Of a stretch of 64,000 nucleotides of DNA, positions 27,961-40,547 are shown piece after piece. Where the stretch lies: the NCBI RefSeq assembly GCF_009914755.1, contig NC_060937.1; one strand, given 5' to 3'. Numbering within the stretch: the first letter of the stretch is position 1; the number at the start of each line of letters is the position of its first letter. The position numbers and the translations under genes were made by a program. The DNA comes from the human T2T-CHM13v2.0 reference genome, Homo sapiens. Under the pieces are notes generated by a model. That model saw only the letters and a list, made by a program, of their open reading frames with translations, was not told the origin of the DNA and ran no database searches.

Positions 27961-29943
27961 AACAGAATGCTATTATCATGGTGGCCAAACAATAAGAAAA
28001 TTAATATTCTTCCTCTTTGTCTTTAGAAATTAGAAACAGTCTAATGCAGTTCTGAAATCCTACAGCCTCCAAAACCAGGAAATTTCGTTGATAGTGTATT
28101 TCCTGATGTCTGCTATTGGAAGCATAATGATCATTCTCTCAGGAATCCCTCGGTCAGAGTTGCAACTGATTATATGAATCAATAAATGCTTCTTGACCTG
28201 TGGTCAGTGTAAAAGCAAGGTTCTAGGGATATAAGGTTGTCTGCCCAGAATGGAGCTGTAAGCATGGATACAGAAGATCCTGGAACAACAGGCAGGTGAA
28301 GGAGAAAGAAGCTACTGAGAGTTACAAAGCATGCAGTAGAGTGGGATTTATGGACTGGCAGGGAACTTTAAAATAAAAGGTTATGCTTGACTTGGCTGTC
28401 ACCTTTAAGGAAAGAAAATTAGGTTTTTCAAAAAATATTATGCAAATTAAAAAATGACCTAACCAGCCTTTATGGATAAATCTATACTATTGTTCTAAGT
28501 CAGGTTCTGATGTGCTGGTATACAGATAAAATACAGATCAATTTACTCGTTGAATGATTGGCGACCATACTAATTGGGATTCATAACTGTCACCCACCAT
28601 TTATGCTATTTGAGAGCAATTCTGCACGTAGGTAATTATAGTAGATTGCCCCTGTGCCAAGAAGACATTGCATAAATCCTTCAGCTGAGATACGACTGAC
28701 AAGCTGTGAGTAATAGAGTGCACCTTGGAAAAGATTTATATTTGAGGCCCAGTTAGCTGGAGTGCTTTATACTTTTCATTTCTCAATAACTTGACTGGAA
28801 CTAAGACAGTCAGTTATTTCCCAAATTCTCCGTTTTCATGATAGGATAATCAATAAAGAGCAACTATTAATTCAGTGTCGCTCTGATATACTAGACTAGA
28901 CAGTTTTACTATGTTATTGATTACTTCTGTAATTTACCACTGGGGGTAGACACTCTGAAGGTCATTAGACATAGGTTGCTTCTTAGTGATGCAAGTTCAC
29001 TTGTGGTAAGCAGAGGTTTTGTTGCCATGATCAGCTGGACTCTTTGATTCCCTATGATGCATGGAGCAAAGAATAGCACAATTTCATCAATCATACATCA
29101 CATTGCATAGCCTACAATCAAAGGGCAAGGTGGTGAGGTGGCTCTTTCTGTGCAGATGGAGTTCTCAGAATGAAGCCCCAGAAGGGCTACTTGCCCCTAT
29201 CCTCTCATATCATAGGACTTTGGGTAGCCCCCAGCTGTTTCCCTGCACCTACTCTCTCGGAGAGGTTTTCCATTACCATCAGGCATCATTCAAGGAGTTC
29301 TCAAGAAATAAAGTAATCTATGTGATACAAGTTTCAAATATAGTCCTCAAAGACATCCTGGACAACTGTTCTTTCCAAACTCCCATGATTTATCATAGGA
29401 TATTTCAGCCAAGACATCTTCTGATTTCTAAAAAGAAATATCTGTCAGCAGAATTTGTGCACTTTGTAAATTATCTGCTTTCCCCCAATAACATGTTGCT
29501 ATGTTAGCATTAACTTGCTGACCCTATGCTTTCTCCCCAAGATTTGAGATGTTGGAATAATTAGCAAACCCTTCATCTTTATTTTTTTTTTTATCTAGGC
29601 CATGCTTCACCCTGCAAGACTCTCTCCTTTATCCCATTCCATAAATATCTACCACACATATTCTATGTGGCTTTCCTTGCATAGAATGTCAGGAAACACT
29701 GTCTGTACCCTTGTTTTAATAAGTTGTTGTCCTTTCAAACCTTTGCACTTATATCACAGATCGGATCTACTGATTCCTTTTGAATTCCTCAATAGGTACC
29801 TCCCTGCCAATCACCTAAGCACCTAAAGCCCAACTATCCCACTTTCTTAGAGATACTCCTCTTAATTTAGATACCTAGTCCTAAGCTTCTAAGCCTCTAA
29901 TATATAGTAGACCTTTTGCTATATGTTAGACCCTTTGCTATGT

Positions 29944-30020
29944 ATTTTGTAAGATTGGAGGGGTCTGATTTGTTGAGGAGAGGGGAATAAACAAATCAGA
30001 CTCCTCCAATCCTACAAAAT
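29944..30020. repeat. Inverted repeat, 31-bp arms and 15-nt loop (pre-miRNA-like hairpin)
   Basis: ATTTTGTAAGATTGGAGGGGTCTGATTTGTT pairs with AACAAATCAGACTCCTCCAATCCTACAAAAT; 29/31 Watson-Crick. Confidence 0.92.
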
Positions 30021-30336
30021 GCTACCTTTCATTATATGCAACAATAGCATTTTTAGGAAGTGGATGTGTTTGTAATATTTTGTTATATTTGACCTTGCCA
30101 TTTTTAACATGCCTTTATAAAAATAATTTCTTATGTGGATTGGTTTTTCAAATGGACCTTGATAACTCCAAACATTTTATTTTAAACTTTAGTATAGTGT
30201 TTGGTTCATATCTACTAGGAATAAATTAATTAGTGCCACAGATGGACCACCAAAATTTGAGACTTTTTGGGATATTTTTTGTACCTTTTTTTTAAAGAAT
30301 ATGAAAGTTATTTATGAGAAAAAAATAAAGATGTAA

Positions 30337-30374
30337 ACACACACACACACACACACACACCACACACACTCACA
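30337..30374. repeat. (CA)n microsatellite, imperfect
   Basis: CA run with two interruptions. Confidence 0.9.
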
Positions 30375-30471
30375 AAGGCCACCTATAACCATATTAATGA
30401 CATATCTATGTTAACAAAACCATTGTGTGAGGTTAGAGGCAGAAGGGGTGCATGGTCAAAGCCACAGTTAA

Positions 30472-30847
<376 letters not shown>

Positions 30848-30981
30848 ACAAGATTTTTTAAACAATTCATAAGCATATGTTTTTATAGGTCCATTTAGAT
30901 ATACCTAGATTCTCTATGTAATTGAAATAAACACATTTTTATAGACCATAGACCATTATCTTTTTATGAAAAAAGATAAAT

Positions 30982-31086
30982 TGTCTGGAAAGACAACTTT
31001 CCAGATAAGCTGTCTGGAAAGACAACTTTCCAGATAAGCTGTCTGGAAAGACAACTTTCCAGATAAGCTGTCTGGAAAGACAACTT
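30982..31086. repeat. 29-bp minisatellite, 3.6 perfect copies, internally palindromic
   Basis: Unit TGTCTGGAAAGACAACTTTCCAGATAAGC at 30982, 31011, 31040, partial at 31069. Confidence 0.97.
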
Positions 31087-32159
31087 ATTTGGTTTAAGTA
31101 TTAGAAATCTTTGTACTTATAAATATATGCAACCAGATGTTACAGTTGATAAAGATGCATGAAAAATGGCCAAACATAATATTTAAGGATTTTACTAAGG
31201 AAGGTTTAAGGGATATAAATTTCATTTCTCTTCCATTAATATATACTATTTATATTATAAACTTTTTAAAAAAAAATGAGATGAGTTTAACTTACATTTT
31301 CACTTCTGTGCCTTCTAGAAAATAGAATCATATGGAGAAGTCAAAACTTTGTCACAGAATTAATGTATGCCCCAGGTTACCTGCATTATTCATAGTTCGG
31401 TTAATCTTTGGGATAATTATTGTCCCACTTAACAAACATTCACAGTGGTAAATTACATAGCACCCTAAAGCTACAGAAATACAGGACAATTAATGAAATG
31501 CAAAGGTATCTGATCTGATTCTAGTGCTGACCTCTTAAAAGTAAAATCATTGCTATTATTCCTGTTAAGAGAATTTTCACTTCATGGAATGGGCCTGTGC
31601 CTCCAAGAATAACATGGAGCTGTTCTCAAGTTGTTTCACTTTTTTTGAAAGTTAACCTTTTGATATCATGGATAAAAGTTAACATTTGTAAAACTCAAGC
31701 TGTTAGCCCAAATGCAACCTTGCCTCCTATGTTAGTACATTACGTCAATGACAAATGAGCCATAAGTTTCAACTTTACAGTAGTAGTAGATACCTTGACC
31801 TTTGAGACCTCACTCAAGTCATACCATGGGTGTTCTGATATTTTGGTGGTGTTTGCAGTCATGTGCAAAGAAAAGGCTATGTTTTAAGTTGTATAGGTCT
31901 TAATCAGTACAGATTTCTGTTCCTATTCAAATATAAACTTTATAAAAATTTTCAGAAGTTATTCAGCAAAAGAATTAAGAATTCAAATGATGCCGTTTTT
32001 AATGAAATTATAAAATTGAAGTAGATCTGCAGATGTGTCCTGAATCCTTGGAAATACGACCAAGTCATAGTGCAGTCATTAATGGATTTTGCATGGGTAA
32101 GTTTCAAGTCTGAAACTTTTCCTTTGTTAAGAAGTCCAGTTAATCAATTGCATTAAATT

Positions 32160-32290
32160 AAAAGATGAATGAGCTCTAGAGATCTGCTGAATAGCATTGT
32201 GCCCATCGTTAACAATACTATATTGTGCATTTAAAATTTTGTTAGGAGGGTAGATAATATGTGAAGTGTTCTTACTATAATTTTATAAAA
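32160..32290 (+). mobile_element. Short L1MA 3' fragment
   Basis: GATGAATGAGCTCTAGAGATCTGCTG...TTAACAATACTATATTGTGCATTTAAAATTTTGTTAGGAGGGTAGAT...AAGTGTTCTTAC. Confidence 0.8.
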
Positions 32291-34149
32291 GGTAAATAAA
32301 TAAATGAAAATAATATACTGCCAATGGAATTTGAAATAAAAATTTAAAAAGAGTATTGATAGATTTTATATTATGTCCAAGGAAAACATTTTAAGTGGAC
32401 TTAAATTTGGGAAAGGAAAGGAAGAATGATACAAAGACATACTGTAAGTATTTTTATCATTATTTATCATTAAATATATTAAGATATTCTCCATAAGCAT
32501 TATTACCAAAAAAATTCTCTTTTTGGGCATCTTGTTGAAACAGTCCTGTAAAATAGTATTTCATGTGACTGGCTTCATTCTCATGAAACTAAACCACATA
32601 TATTTAACTATCTCCTTAAGCTTAGCTTAAAACCAAATATATATAATTGTTACTGGTGGCCAAAGAAATCAGTTCATTTTGGGTCACTCATTTTAGCTGA
32701 GTGGACATTCCTAATGGATTAAAAAACAAAACACAGTGCTTTAAAATGCACTTAATTTTTTTTTTTCCCCCGCGGTGGTGGTGACTCTGGGCTTCTTCTG
32801 CAGTGCTTTAAGCTAAGCTCCCCAGAACTAGTGTTGATATTGTTTCTTTAACATTAATCTTCAGTGACATAATTATTTCTTTTTAAATAATCAGTATGCT
32901 AAGCATTATAGGACTGGGAAGCTACTGACTGAAAAGAGATGTGCCGTAATGAAGGTACTCCTTTTTTTAGATAATTTCGGCTGCTTATCAGAACAGAAGC
33001 AGCTGTATTTTGGACTTACTTAGAGTTGCTATTTAATGCACCATGAAAAAGCAACAAGTGCTCCACCAGAAAAATCATGTTTTGTTGAAAGAAGTAAAGC
33101 AAAATGAGTTTCAGCTCTATACCACGGAAACTCACAAAAGTAGGGGAAAGATCAACTTGAGAGTATATTTTTCGGTGTTCGAAGTCAGTTAAAAAAGCAA
33201 ATTTGTACTTTGAACTTAGTGTCTATTGCCTCAGAGTAAAAATATTTTTAGAATCCTTATCAGTCAGAAAATTCTCTTCTTCAAACAAAATGAACTGGAA
33301 TGTAGAGCTAAAATAACCCCATTTTAGTTTGTGGAATGGCTGTTGAGCCTTTATTTTTATAAGCAAATGGCAAACGCTTGCTCCAATGTATAGCTGATGC
33401 AAATTAAGCACATACTCTGTTTCATAAATGAAGGGGGAATTATTGGAAACACTCTTGCACTGATCAGTAAAAACCGATTACCATCAAAGAAGGGCCTGAT
33501 TACTAACCACCATCTTAGTGTTTAGCTGTACCATCTGGCCAGCTCAGAGGGGAAAATTTGCTGAGCTTAAAAAATGTTTATTCTGACTTTCAACTCATGC
33601 ATGTATAGAACACAGATGAGGAAACATCTGATGTCCTTTGGATTCTTGTTGTTAAACAAACGTTAACTCATCTTCAAGCAAAAATTTAGTCGTTTTTCTT
33701 TTTTCCCCCTCACTGATTTGGTTTCTTAAGCTATTGAGTTACAAGCACTATGGAAATAAGCACTAAAAAAAAACCTAAGGGTGATTAGAGCCCTTAAAAA
33801 TATCTGAAGGATAATGCTGACCTCATGTTTTTTCACATACACTTTGATCTAGGTGGAATTTTATTATTGTAATTTAACTCATGTGGCGTGGAGGCCACAT
33901 TCAAGGCACAGACCTGAGTGCTTACTGGAGACAGATGAACTCAGGACTTGCCTGTGCCTGGCTGCAGCACTTTTGCTCTAACTCATGCCTTGTCTATGGA
34001 TGGCACTGCTTTTCCCACCGTTTAGTGTTGGTTAATTATTGCCAACCTGTAGAGCAAATGACTCTGCTTAACAGTCATTTTCCCTGAAAACCCTTCCTTG
34101 ATTATTCAAGATTAAGTCCTTAGTGTCACAAGTTTACCCATTCCATAGC

Positions 34150-34325
34150 ACGTACAGTTGTCATCATGATTTCTTATTCGATTACCAATCTTACCTCCCC
34201 AAGCCTGTAAACATAATTCAGTGACTGCATTTTTATTCACCACTGTATTCCAGGTCCTAAAACTAACCCTGACACATACCGGCCACTCGGTAAATATGGG
34301 TTGAATGAATGAATGAACAAATGGA
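34150..34325 (+). mobile_element. L2 3' end
   Basis: TTATTCACCACTGTATTCCAGG...GACACATA...GGTTGAATGAATGAATGAA terminal repeats. Confidence 0.8.
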
Positions 34326-35596
34326 CAGAGAAATGAATGAGACACCTTCTCTGTCCTCATTTCAGTTTAAATTTAGGAACAAGGCATGAGTAAAAGTGTG
34401 AGGAGACAAAGCAGAGGAAGGCAAGTGCTGAAAGTTATGATCGCGTGCAGTGATGGCCATTAAGATGATCTTCGTACAGGAATTCATACAGGAATTTTTT
34501 TAAAGATAAATGCTGGCTTATGCAGGCTCTAAAGACTTATTTTTTATATCCATTCTTAATTAAACTAATGTTGAAAATAGTACACATTTATGGTAAAAAG
34601 CCTTCAGTCCTCTTTGGGGGTCATTTATTTGCTTGCTCTCTGGGAAGCTTCTTTCATAAAAGGATGCCCTTTTACTAGATCCCAACTGGGAGCTTTATGG
34701 GATTATTTTTTTCCTACTTAACAAAAGTGGGATTTAAACTCTAATTTCCAAAAACATAGTGGCTAGCTAAAATTGGTATTGATTTAATGTTCTGGGTCAA
34801 TTTTAAGTGATAAATTAACATTAGCAAAAAAAGAAGTTTCTAAATTCTGTAAATCACATGGGATTTTTCATCGGCTCATTCCCTTACAATCTTTTTCTCA
34901 GGGATAAGGTTTTCTAAGTCAATATTTTCCCAAATGCATGCCCTTTTGTCTTCCATTAAATATGGTAGTCTTTGTTTCTTCAATGGCCATGTGAGAACAG
35001 AAGGAAAATTTCTTCTCAGAGAAGACAGAGCAAAGTAATATTCTTGCCAAAAGTTATCACAGTTTAATAGCAAGAAGGAATGTACACGTCTCTAAACAAA
35101 ATGTGCAATGCTTTCTGATGCTGACACCATTTATTTAGTCTTATTAAATAGCTGGTAAAATGATCCAAGTTTCAGAGAAACACAAGCTGTAAGTGGCTGC
35201 TGCACGTGACAAAAAAAAAAAAAAAGACAGCCCCAAAAAGCAGCAGGGAGAAGATGTGCGCAGAGTCTGGGAGGATCACCTTTCTCCACAGCTTTCCCTT
35301 CCAAACCTCCAAACCCAGGCACTGCTTTCCTCTTGCACTCCTCTTCTCCTGATATCCATTCATTCACCTTATTTCTACACTCTTACCCCTTCCATATTTT
35401 TAATTAACTTTTCTCTTTGTGCTTGCACACTTGCTTTGCTTTGCTTTCAATCTATAGTTATTTTATGGGTGGCTTGGCACCTCAACCAGATGGGAATTAA
35501 GTGGAAGGCAGAAGTTGGCTTGCACACACAACCTCTAAATAAATGCAGGCCTGGGAAGGATGATTCATGCTTTACCTGTATTCTTTCAGCTGCAGT

Positions 35597-35730
35597 CAGT
35601 GTTTTTCCAATCTTGGTAGGCACCAGCATCACCTGGAAAATTGTTAAAGCAAAACATGCTTTGACTTGACTCCAGACATACTGGGGCTTAAATCTCTGTA
35701 TTTATTTGCCAAGTGGTTCAAAATTTAGTA
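35597..35730. mobile_element. MER5-like hAT fragment
   Basis: CAGTGTTTTTCCAATCTTGG...GCATCACCTGGAAAATTGTTAAA...CTCCAGAC. Confidence 0.55.
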
Positions 35731-35741
35731 GTTGGGGGAAT

Positions 35742-35842
35742 GGGATCACCAACCATTATGGTTTGCCAAGGAACGAAGGATTTCCTGAGCTGTGTGCTAA
35801 AGCCTGAATACTTCTGAGTAAATTGAGACATTTAGTTACCCT
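35742..35842. mobile_element. MER94-like hAT-Blackjack MITE
   Basis: GGGATCACCAACC...GGTTTGCC...GGATTTCC...GTGCTAAA...GTTACCCT with degenerate AGGGTGACC TIRs. Confidence 0.6.
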
Positions 35843-36019
35843 ATTTAGGGTTGAAGATGAGGGCCAAGATAGTGCATGCATCTGTCTGCTTTCCATCTTT
35901 CCATCCTAATTATTCTAAAAAACCATACAACCCCCACTTTTATGGGTATAAAATAGTTATGTTACTTATCTATTTTTATTTTTGCATAATTTTTAGTTAT
36001 TGCATGGTTTATTACATAT

Positions 36020-36130
36020 AATGAGAGCAACAATCTCATAACATTGGTTTTAGAATTAAATGAGATAAAATATGTAAAGCACTTAATGTAATGCCTGATA
36101 CTAAGTGTTCAATGAATGTTACATATTATT
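36020..36130 (+). mobile_element. MIR SINE fragment
   Basis: GAATTAAATGAGATAAAATATGTAAAGCACTTA...TGCCTGA...TCAATGAATGTTA. Confidence 0.7.
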
Positions 36131-37386
36131 TCTCTTTAGGTCCAAAGGTATTTATTTTCTTCTTGGCTTCCTGGAATACTAATCTTTGGTAAAGGAAGTT
36201 TCTCACTGGTCTCCTAAGCCGGCAGTGGTCTGAGGCATGCCACCATTTCTTTGAGCTGTGATGTGTTATATCATCTTCTTCCAAGACAGGCCCTCTTAGC
36301 TAGTGTGCTAACTGGACTTTCTCTCTCTGACTCAAAGGGGCTGTGCCTCAGAAGCTTTGTGGAGGTAGAAAGGCTTATCCACACTTCCCATGATAGGAGA
36401 GGGATTCTACCCACCTTCTTTCTGGATTCTTCTATGGACTGTAATGATTTCTTCCTCAGTAGTGTCTATTCCCAGACCCAGCAACTGCTTTTTGAAATTT
36501 GCTTGCAGACATCAACCCTGCAACTCTCTATCTAGTTCTCAGCACTTCAACTTAAGGCTAATATTAGACCAAGACCCACTTCCTCTAGAAATAAATCCTT
36601 TTCTCCCCCATACTTTCTTGGTCAAATAAGGTTACAGACTTATTTGGCACTTACTTAAGTAGTTTTTTTTTTCATCCTTAGGATGGTTCTCAATTTGTTG
36701 ACTGATGAAATCATAAAACGTAACGTAACCCTCTAGGTAGCAGAGGATGTGCTTTGTAACATCATCCAGCACTCCTTGTTGCATTATCCTACAGTCTCAG
36801 TAATCTGCATTGTCTCACAGATCAAGCCATTTGCTCATTCAGTCTGTTCTGTGCCAAACATATTGATAACACATACACTGAAGGACTGCTGGCATTGCCC
36901 CTCCCCAGAATAAGCAAACAAGTCATCTTTAAAAGCAAGTTGTTTCAGCCACTTTGATAGAAATTAAGTCGCATACAAGGTCACAAAGTACATCAGTGAA
37001 CTAACTGGAAACACAACCCAACAAGGCCCACTCCCAAGCCTGAGCACTTTACTGGATCACGCTTCCTTCCTCGGTGAAAGGCTTCCCACGGCAGGAAGAA
37101 CCGGAGAGCAAGCCTCTAAATTATACATGACTGTTTGTCTCATTTTCACTCCGTGGCTAATTGAAGACACAGGGGAGTGCTGCTTTTTTGGCTTCATCTC
37201 TCATCGCATCTCATTTGTCTCACACGTGTCGGGGAGTGCACTCTGCAGGTTAGCTTTATGAAGGGTTGAATGGAATTTGGTGAGCTTTGAGGAGTCCCAG
37301 GATTACAAGTTCTTTGTCTTGGTTCACAACAAGCTGTGCAGTCCCCTTTTGTTTGTTTCCTCATTTGCCATTTTAAAATAAAGTAA

Positions 37387-37512
37387 ATACCTAATGCTAG
37401 ATGACGAGTTAGTGGGTGCAGTGCACCAGCATGGCACATGTATACATATGTAACTAACCTGCACAATGTGCACATGTACCCTAAAACTTAAAGTATAATA
37501 AAAAAAAAAAAA
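37387..37512 (+). mobile_element. L1PA2-type LINE-1, severely 5'-truncated 3' end with poly(A)
   Basis: ATACCTAATGCTAGATGACGAGTTAGTGGGTGCAG...AACTAACCTGCACAATGTGCACATGTACCCTAAAACTTAAAGTATAATAAAA; GAG rather than ACA/ACG at the L1HS diagnostic; inserted after a TTTT/AAAA site. Confidence 0.92.
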
Positions 37513-38959
37513 GTCAAGCATAGGAGATCCACAGTTGATAGGAAAGGAATGTGAATCACTAAAGAGAAACCATCATAATATTTAAATGACCAAATAAGGA
37601 ACATGAAAATGTTTCTTCTCCTATAAATTTTAAGCCTGTGGGGAATCAAACTTAGATTAGTTTTAATAACAAAAGTTCAGAGTTCATTGTACCTTGTTCT
37701 GCCTGCTGAAGATTAGCACTGTGGTGGGAGTGTATATCCAGGTTGCCAAAACCACAGTTCTGCTTGGTTCAGTGACTCACAAATTATAATTTTTGAAGCG
37801 TTTGGAAGAAGAATTTCCATATCATATCTGACAATATGCTTTTGGCCCATAGCCCTTAATGCATTACCTTTTATGTAGTATAGGCTCAGTGCACTTTTGA
37901 GAATTAAGCAACAAAAATAGTAATAAAATGTCACTGATGATAAAGAAAAGTAATGGCATCAACTAATATTAGATAACTGTAGGATGATTTATTGCTTCTG
38001 TATGCATTTTTTGTTCATATCTATGAAGATATCGGCATTGGTTAGGTTTACAGATGTCTGTGAGAAAACACATCACCCTCTGTCAGGAAGGGTCATTGAC
38101 TATTAAATTGAACAATAGACCTAAGTGTGCTCACTTGGGTTTGCAACAGCTAAAGCCCTGTTGTCTCCTGCTTGGTCACTCCTACCTTGTATTAAATATG
38201 GATTTCATGCATTACATGGAGTTTTCAAGGATAGAAAGAAGGATTTCAGTGGGACAATCTAACTTTGGACATCTTGTGATGAGCAGAGAGGCATCATTGA
38301 GAGGAAGAGTTTTAAAAACAGGTGTACTTCAGAAATATTAAAAGGCGATATATACACAAGGAAGAGAAACAAGAAAAAAAGAAGTTTGGTTAGGAAAGTC
38401 CTATAATTTTTTACGTGGAAAGAAATCAAAGGCAAAGCAAATGGAAGGATGCTGTCCTGATAGAAGCTGGGGTGTGGAGGAAGAGTAATGAAATTCAGAA
38501 TGTTGGTCCTGCACAGGGTCTTGCCAGACACATCCTTATCCTCGGTCCTCAGATGAAGAGCCCTGTCTCCTGGAGCCTGAGGGCCAAGTGCCCAGATGCA
38601 CTATCATTCTAAGGAATTGTTCTGGTCAGAATCTGGAGTTTTCAACTCCCTTCTGTGGTCCATTTTTATTATGGATGCTGCTTTGAAGGATGGATAAAGT
38701 GCTAGGAAAAGTTGTTATCATCTAAAAAACCAGAATTCTTTCTACTCAAAGGTCTTGTTCTCTACCATGTTCCCGGTGGGACATTTTCTCTGTAGTTTTT
38801 TCCAATATATAGTAGGTTATGACAGGACACTGCTTATCCTCACAAGGAAGGCACTTCTGTTAATAATTCAGCAAAAAGAAAAAAGAAAAACTAGGAGAGA
38901 ATAAGAAATGGAGATTGTTTAAAGAAAAAGCAAAATGCCACTCTAGTTAGTAATACTGC

Positions 38960-39205
38960 CACTTAATGACAGAATTAGTAAAAGTCATGAATAAAGCCTG
39001 CATGATGGATTCACTTTTTCAGGAACTCTCTTTAATAATACAATGTTATATTCTGAGTAACAACTTTACGTATAAATTAAATAAGTTAACATGAAGGCAT
39101 ATATGTCATAATCTTAGAGATGGTTCATCAATAAGCATCTCAGAGACCCCATTGAGACATATCCTATTCTGGGCTCTGGAAATTGATGATGAAAAAGACA
39201 GGGAA
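38960..39205 (+). repeat. Local duplication, copy 1 (246 bp)
   Basis: Aligns to 40298-40547 with about 19 substitutions and one 4-bp indel (hand count). Confidence 0.95.
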
Positions 39206-40297
39206 TGTCTATTCAGCTTCAGTATGCAGCTGATTTTTTTTTTGATGTAGCTTACGTACCCCAAAATCTTTCCAAGTAGATTTAAAATGGTCCATTCCTC
39301 ATCCTTCTGCCTCACTCAGTCTTATGGTATGTGACTGTAGGGGTTCCTGTGTAGTTTTAAGTTGCTTCTCTGCAAAATTCCTTAGCTAATCAGTACTTGA
39401 GCCCATGGTTTTCTCACCTACGTTTCACGGGTTCAGTCTATGCCCTTTGATTTGGCAACTCCTTTTCAAAATATTATCTGTGATTTTCATAGCCATCAAA
39501 CCGTTACCACTCCTGCCTCACCCACTAGGGTCTCTGCTGTTTAGACTTTAATAACAAGCATTGAGTCTTACAAGAGATTGCCATTGGCTATACTGGCATC
39601 AGATTCATCAAAAAGGAATGGGATGAAAGTACAACTTGCCAGCAGAGCAACTTAAAATCTTCTTTTAAGGGAGAGATTTTATAGCAGTACGTAGTGCCCA
39701 ATAGACATCATTTTGCCATGCAGCAGACAGTTCAGGTGTAAGAAGACATGTTGAGATCAGACAGTCAGAAGAACTGCTTTGGCTTAGATGCCTCATGCCT
39801 CCAATGGAACCAATACTTCTGACAGATCCGTGGGCATAGCTGCCATTGTATATGACATGGGGCATGCCAGTTAGAAAAGTCACCACATTCAGGGACACTC
39901 AAAACTATGAAGACTGTTCCAGATATGTATAGACCAATTTGCCAGCCAGGTGTCGTTTTTCCTGTAGGCACTATTCCTAAGTAACGCAGGTGGCCAGGAG
40001 AGTAGAACTGGAACATTCAATGGAGGTTAGGTCTTCAAGAAGAGGGAATCATTCACTGGAGCTCAAGTCTTCAAGAAGAGTGTAGTCTTTGCCTACAATC
40101 CTGGATTAATGAACACTTCCATTCTGTTTCACTTCTCCTTAGAGCTATTTTTAAGAACACTGGAATATTAGGGACCATATCACAAAGTATCTTATATTTT
40201 TAACTTGATCAGGAGATAAGTTATGCTAATATTATGCACTTTACTTCCAGCTCTCCTTCGTGTATTATTTTTACCAAAATCCTAGACACTAATGACA

Positions 40298-40547
40298 CAC
40301 TTAATGACAGAATTAGTAAAAGTCGTGTATAAAGGCTGCATGATGGATTAACTTTCTCAGGAACTCTCTTTAATAATACCATGTTATATTCTGAGTAACA
40401 TCTTGATGTATGAATTAAATAAGTTAACACAAAGGCATATGTGTCATAATCTTATTTGGAGCTGGTTCATCGGTAAGCATTTCAGAGACCCCAGTGAGAC
40501 ATATCCTGTTCTGGGCTCTGGAAATTGATGATGAAAAAGACAGGGAA
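40298..40547 (+). repeat. Local duplication, copy 2 (250 bp)
   Basis: CACTTAATGACAGAATTAGTAAAAGTC...GGAAATTGATGATGAAAAAGACAGGGAA shared with 38960-39205. Confidence 0.95.

Noticed and set aside
29061-29507. 148-aa ORF
   Set aside because: No recognisable domain or splice context; length is compatible with chance or an old repeat
30982-31086. CRISPR array (29-bp palindromic repeats)
   Set aside because: Units are head-to-tail with no spacers, there are no cas genes and the context is primate; it is a minisatellite
35193-35669. 158-aa ORF
   Set aside because: Non-ATG start, runs through a poly(A) tract, low-complexity sequence and a MER5-like fragment
39665-40016. Overlapping minus-strand ORFs inside the duplicated-flank spacer
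   Set aside because: No similarity to any protein I recognise and no convincing splice sites
38960-40547. LTR retroelement or TRIM with two LTRs
   Set aside because: No TG...CA termini, TSD, primer-binding site or polypurine tract, and no gag/pol similarity in the spacer
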